From assembly GCA_002269645.1 (NCBI GenBank), contig NIVC01000508.1:62001-126000 (forward strand): a stretch of DNA of 64,000 nucleotides, written 5' to 3'. The stretch is from Macrostomum lignano. Its lineage: Eukaryota. A program made the position numbers and the translations under genes. Below the pieces are notes generated by a model. The model did not search any database, was not told where the DNA came from, and was given only the letters and a program-made list of their open reading frames with translations. Below, piece after piece: positions 58,080 to 64,000 of the stretch. Each line of letters begins with the position of its first letter. The first letter of the stretch is position 1.

Positions 58080-61000
58080 ATGCATCTCATGACTGTGCCA
58101 CAAGAGCAGGACTGCAAAGAGTTTAGCGATCTGGCGGACTGGGTGCTGGAGATGGAGCAGCAGAGGTCACCCGCGTTGCAGGTTAGTTGCTTTCAGGTGC
58201 TAATGATAAGTACAGTTTCCTTGAACTGACTTACAGCATGTTGGTCGGCTTGTATTATTATGCTCATATTGACACCCGATTACTCATATTGACACCCCAT
58301 TGCTCATATTGACACCCGATTGCTCATATTGACACCCGATTGCTCATATAGCCACCCGATTGCTCATATAGGCACCCGATTGCTCATATTGACACCCCAT
58401 TGCTCATATTGACACCCGATTGCTCATATTGACACCCGATTGCTCATATAGCCACCCGATTGCTCATATAGGCACCCGATTGCTCATATTGACACCCGAT
58501 TGCTCATATTGACACCCGATTGCTCATATTGACACCCGATTGCTCATATTGACACCCGATTGCTCATATTGACACCCGATTGCTCATATAGCCACCCGAT
58601 TGCTCATATAGCCACCCGATTGCTCATATTGGCACCCGATTGCTCATATTGACACCCGATTGCTCATATAGGCACCCGATTGCTCATATAGGCACCCGAT
58701 TGCTCATATAGGCACCCGATTGCTCATATTGGCACCCGATTGCTCATATAGGCACCCGATTGCTCATATAGGCATCCGATTGCTCATATTGGCACCCGAT
58801 TGCTCATATAGGCACCCGATTGCTCATATTGGCACCCGATTGCTCATATTGACACCCGATTGCTCATATAGGCACTCGATTGCTCATATTGACACCCCAT
58901 TGCTCATATTGGCACCCGATTGCTCATATAGCCACCCGATTGCTCATATAGGCACCCGATTGCTCATATTGACACCCGATTGCTCATATTGACACCCGAT
59001 TGCTCATATTGACACCCGATTGCTCATATTGACACCCGATTGCTCATATTGACACCCGATTGCTCATATTGACACCCGATTGCTCATATAGGCACCCAAT
59101 TGCTCATCTATTTATTTATGCTGAAATTCTTGTGTTGCTATCCATGTCAAATCAACCATATCTAAACATCTCAAAAGACTCAACCATGGTAACGCCTCAT
59201 CTCGCCTTGCAGCATCCATCTCATCCGTGGATCAATCCCGACCCTGCAACCGTAGTGCAGGAGACCTCAGACACCAAATCAGACATCGAACAGATGCAAC
59301 CGCAGACAGTGCTGCAACTTCAAGAGCTTCAAGAATTCCAGTCGGTATATTCAACAACTGAAGCATTCGATGGCGGGAGAGCCGGCTTCTATTATGATGC
59401 CGAGTGTCCCAGCATCGCAGGGGTTCCGCAGTCGCAGAGCTCCTACGAGGACAGATTTTACAACTATCACGGCCAGTCAGACGGGATGACCGGCTGCGGC
59501 TGCAACAACACCAATTGCTGCTTTTATCGGTCAAGCAATTCGACTGACAACGAAAGCAATCTGCAGCAAGACTGCTGCGCCACGCTGACCACCAACGACT
59601 CATCGCATTGTGAGTTCGATTTGCTTGATGAATGAATCTATTTGATCCTCAGATTTGTTTTCTGCGTGCTTCAGAACCTGAAGTCCCACTTTAGCAACCT
59701 GAAGTCCCACTTTAGCAGCCTGAAGTCCCACTTTAGCAACCTGAAGTCCCACTTTAGCAACCTGAAGTCCCACTTTAGCAGCCTGAAGTCCCACTATAGC
59801 AACCTAAGTACCACTATCGCAACCTGAGGTCCCACTATAGCAACCTGAAGTCCCACTTTAGCAACCTGAAGTCCCACTATAGCAACCTGAAGTCCCACTA
59901 TAGCAACCTGAAGTCCCACTTTAGCAACCTGAAGTCCCACTATAGCAACCTAAGTCCCACTATCGCAACCTGAGGTCCCACTATAGCAACCTGAAGTCCT
60001 ATTCTTTGCAACCTGAAGTCCCACTATAGCAACCTGAAGTCACACTATAGCAACCTAAAGTCCCACTATAGCAACCTGAAGTCCCACTAAAGCAACCTGA
60101 AGTCCTATTCTTTGCAACCTGAAGTCCCACTATAACAACCTGAAGTCCCACTATAGCAGCCTGAAGTCACACTATAGCAACCTGAAGTCCCACTATAACA
60201 ACCTGAAGTCCCACTATAACAACCTGAAGTCCCACTATAGCAGCCTGAAGTCACACTATAGCAACCTGAAGTCCAACTAAAGCAACCTGAAGTCCTATTC
60301 TTTGCAACCTGAAGTCCCACTAAAGCAACCTGAAGTCCCACTATAGCAACCTGAAGTCCTATTCTTTGCAACCTGAAGTCCCACTAAAGCAACCTGAAGT
60401 CCTATTCTTTGCAACCTGAAGTCCCACTATAGCAACCTGAAGTCCCACTATAGCAACCTGAAGTCCAACTAAAGCAACCTGAAGTCCTATTCTTTGCAAC
60501 CTGAAGTCCCACTAAAGCAACCTGAAGTCCTATTCTTTGCAACCTGAAGTCCCACTATAGCAACCTGAAGTCCTCATAAGCACCGCTAGAAAGGTATTTG
60601 TGTCAAATAACCTTGAAAAGCCACCGAACCGAATCTAGGGTTGCTGGGTAGAAAACATGTACCAGAGGGTAAAGTCATTTCATTTCTGACCCTCTCTCTC
60701 TCTCTCCTCACGCATGGGAGTGGAGTAGATTGGGACAAAGCCCTTGTGTAATACAAAAGTAAATAGTGTTATCTATCTTCTCCACTCCATATTCGAAGCT
60801 AGCTTTCCCATTAGTTCGAATATTCGAACATTCGAGACTGGAGAGTGACCAAAATTTTATCTCATGACTGTCTTAAAAGAATTATATTAGACAATTTTCA
60901 ATTTTAGACAATTCATGGATTTCTGAGCTGCAGCCGCAGCCTCAGCTTCCGCACCTGTACCTGACGGAATTTGGGCCCAGCAGTAGCAGCAGCCACTGCA

Positions 61001-64000
61001 GCAGTGTCGAGAGTATGGCTGTGAGTCTACTTGATTGAGATCTGGGATTGGGGATCTGGGATTGGGGATCTGGGATTGGGGATCTGGGATCTGGGATCTG
61101 GGATTGGGGATCTGGGATTGGGGATCTGGGATCTGGGATCTGGGATTGGGGATCTGGGATTGGGGATCTGGGATTGGGGATCTGGGATTGGGGATCTGGG
61201 ATTGGGGATCTGGGATTGGGGATCTGGGATTGGGGATCTGGGATTGGGGATCTGGGATTGGGGATCTGGGATTGGGGATCTGGGATTGGGGATCTGGGAT
61301 TGGGGATTTCCGGTCTAGGATCTGGAATCTTTTTTTGCCATAAAATTTTTACATTCTCCTATAAAAATGGCGAAACAACAAAAATATCACTGTGAAAGTG
61401 AAACTAGAACTGAAATTCTCACTTATGCAAGCTCTTTCTTTCGAGTACTGCAATTGCACCCAGCCTTTAATTCGTTCATAAGACTCGGTCCTGATTGATA
61501 GCACTGGTTCCAGCCACACGCCAGCACCCTGGGACAGAGGAGGCAAGCAAAGTAAAAGCAGAAAAGAATAAACAGGCCATGCAGTTCACAAAGCTCAAAT
61601 CAAAGAACCCGCCATTCTGCCTCTTTGTTTCTCAACGCCTCTTTAAAGATTTAAGTTCTCTTCTGGTGTGATTTTCTCAACTTGAGTAAATCGGTTCTTT
61701 TGGATTAGCAAAGTAGGAAATAATTTGCTTTTTCCTGAGAACCCGTGAGTCAGAACTGAAAAATAACTCACTCCATACATGACCTCACTCCATACATGAC
61801 CTCACTCCATACATGACCTCACTCCATACATGACCTCACTCCATACATGACCTCACTCCATACATGACCTCACTCCATACATGACCTCACTCCATACATG
61901 ACCTCACTCCATACATGACCTCACTCCATACATGACCTCACTCCATACATGACCTCACTCCATACATGACCTCACTCCATACATGACCTCACTCCATACA
62001 TGACCTCACTCCATACATGACCTCACTCCATACATGACCTCACTCCATACATGACCTCACTCCATACATGACCTCACTCCATACATGACCTCGCTCCATA
62101 CATGACCTCACTCCATACATGACCTCACTCCATACATGACCTCACTCCATACATGACCTCACTCCATACATGACCTCACTCCATACATGACCTCACTCCA
62201 TACATGACCTCACTCCATACATGACCTCACTCCATACATGACCTCACTCCATACATGACCTCACTCATGAATCCACAGATGGATTACCAAGCCAGCTGGT
62301 CAATGCTCCAGTCAGTGCCGCGCACGCAGCAGACTCAAAAACAGTCTGAGTCAAAAGTACAATACCTGCAGCAGCAACAGCAGCAACAGCAGCAGCAGCA
62401 GCCGCAACAGCAGCAACAGCCACAGCTTCAGCAGCAGTGCACCAACTGCGGCACAACCGAGACAACCCTGTGGAGACGGGACGCAGTCACGGGTTCAACC
62501 GTGTGCAACGCGTGCGGACTTTACTACAAGCTGCACTTGGTAAGGACCTCTCTGCACGCTTTAGAACGCTAATCGTTTAATTTTGTACTAATTCTTATGA
62601 ACCTCTCTGTCTAGATAAGTGCCATTTCTGTCTAGATAAGTGCCATTTCTGTCTAAATAAGTGCCATTTCTGTTCTAGATAAGTGCCATTTCTGTTCTAG
62701 ATAAGTGCCATTTCTGTCCTAGATAAGTGCCATTTCTGTTCTAGATAAGTGCCATTTCTGTTCTAGATAAGTGCCATTTCTGTTCTAGATAAGTGCCATT
62801 TCTGTTCTAGATAAGTGCCATTTCTGTCAGATACGAATAAGTGCTATTTCTGTCAGATACGAATAAGTGCCATTTCTGTCTAGATAAGTGCCATTTCTGT
62901 TCTAGATAAGTGCCATTTCTGTTCTAGATAAGTGCCATTTCTGTCTAGATAAGTGCCATTTCTGTTCTAGATAAGTGCCATTTCTGTTCTAGATAAGTGC
63001 CATTTCTGTTCTAGATAAGTGCCATTTCTGTTCTAGATAAGTGCCATTTCTGTGTAGATAAGTGCCATTTCTGTTCTAGATAAGTGCCATTTCTGTCAGA
63101 TACGAATAAGTGCCATTTCTGTCTAGATAAGTGCCATTTCTGTCTAGATAAGTGCCATTTCTGTCTAGATAAGTGCCATTTCTGTTCTAGATAAGTGCCA
63201 TTTCTGTTCTAGATAAGTGCCATTTCTGTCTAGATAAGTGCCATTTCTGTTCTAGATAAGTGCCATTTCTGTTCTAGATAAGTGCCATTTCTGTTCTAGA
63301 TAAGTGCCATTTCTGTTCTAGATAAGTGCTATTTCTGTCTAGATAAGTGCCATTTCTGTTCTAGATAAGTGCCATTTCTGTTCTAGATAAGTGCTATTTC
63401 TGTCTAGATAAGTGCCATTTCTGTTCTAGATAAGTGCCATTTCTGTCTAGATAAGTGCCATTTCTGTTCTAGATAAGTGCCATTTCTGTCTAGATAAGTG
63501 CCATTTCTGTTCTAGATAAGTGCCATTTCTGTTCTAGATAAGTGCCATTTCTGTTCTAGATAAGTGCCATTTCTGTTCTAGATAAGTGCCATTTCTGTTC
63601 TAGATAAGTGCCATTTCTGTTCTAGATAAGTGCTATTTCTGTCTAGATAAGTGCCATTTCTGTTCTAGATAAGTGCCATTTCTGTCTAGATAAGTGCCAT
63701 TTCTGTTCTAGATAAGTGCCATTTCTGTCTAGATAAGTGCCATTTCTGTCTAGATAAGTGCCATTTCTGTCTAGATAAGTGCCATTTCTGTTCTAGATAA
63801 GTGCCATTTCTGTTTTAGATAAGTGCAATTTCTGTCTAGATAAGTGCCATTTCTGTTCTAGATAAGTGCCATTTCTGTTTTAGATAAGTGCCATTTCTGT
63901 TCTAGATCAACTCGCAGTATTGGGACTGAGGTCATTAAAAATACTAACTAACCAACCGCCGCAGGTGAACCGGCCTCTCACTCTTCGCAAAGACAGCATC
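58080..64000 (+). CDS. Second GATA transcription factor (one finger visible, Cx2Cx18Cx2C), 3'-partial; join(58080..58181,59213..59609,60908..61020,62279..62539,63965..>64000)
   Basis: polyQ then [34 protein letters not shown]/gtaagg ... ctaac..cgcag/[12 protein letters not shown]. Upstream exons join in frame (phases 0,1,0,0; donors gttagt, gtgagt, gtgagt). The finger exons are certain; the 5' exons are moderately certain (alternative start ATG 59144). Confidence 0.85.
58262..59108. repeat. 20-bp minisatellite TTGCTCATATTGACACCCGA (GATA gene 2 intron)
   Basis: Direct reading. Confidence 0.96.
59675..60580. repeat. 21-bp minisatellite AACCTGAAGTCCCACTATAGC (GATA gene 2 intron)
   Basis: Direct reading. 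Confidence 0.96.
61038..61310 (+). repeat. 14-bp G-run repeat CTGGGATTGGGGAT
   Basis: Direct reading; begins 17 nt after the donor at 61021. Confidence 0.96.
61767..62268. repeat. 17-bp near-perfect minisatellite CTCACTCCATACATGAC abutting the acceptor of the zinc-finger exon
   Basis: ~29 copies; ends ~10 nt before cacag/ATG at 62279. Confidence 0.97.
62610..63905. repeat. 22-23-bp minisatellite CTAGATAAGTGCCATTTCTGT(T), each unit containing the GATA site AGATAAG, filling the finger/basic-tail intron of GATA gene 2
   Basis: ~57 units by length; only a few TACGAATAAG variants lack the site. Confidence 0.97.

Overview
Eukaryotic (animal) genomic DNA with GT-AG introns. Roughly half of the window (about 31 kb by my hand tally) is made of more than 30 different minisatellite or microsatellite arrays. 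The style resembles the flatworm Macrostomum lignano (inference only). By reading splice sites and phases I reconstructed seven protein-coding genes: (1) a DEG/ENaC channel (+, 4 exons, ~555 aa) with HG->RG and GAS->GIT changes; (2) a GPI-anchored Ly6/uPAR three-finger protein (-, 4 exons, 157 aa); (3) a GT32 DxD glycosyltransferase (-); (4) a class A orphan/peptide-type GPCR (+); (5) a two-finger GATA factor, probably GATA4/5/6-type (-, 6 exons, ~583 aa), with a greatly expanded Gly-rich inter-finger linker; (6) an uncharacterised beta-propeller-like protein (-, 6 exons, ~559 aa); (7) a second GATA factor (+, runs off the window) with one visible finger of Cx2Cx18Cx2C spacing. Mobile DNA includes an RNase-H LINE fragment, an RTE fragment, a CORE-type tRNA-SINE, a mariner MITE and hAT MITEs that carry satellites inside their TIRs. 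The most striking signal is that the GATA genes carry GATA binding sites in their own introns: about 55 tandem AGATAAG sites fill the zinc-finger intron of GATA gene 2, and GATA gene 1 has a dense WGATAR cluster in intron 1 plus a 7-copy TGATAG repeat. This suggests satellite-built autoregulatory or decoy elements. Most long ORFs in the supplied track are translation artefacts of satellites.
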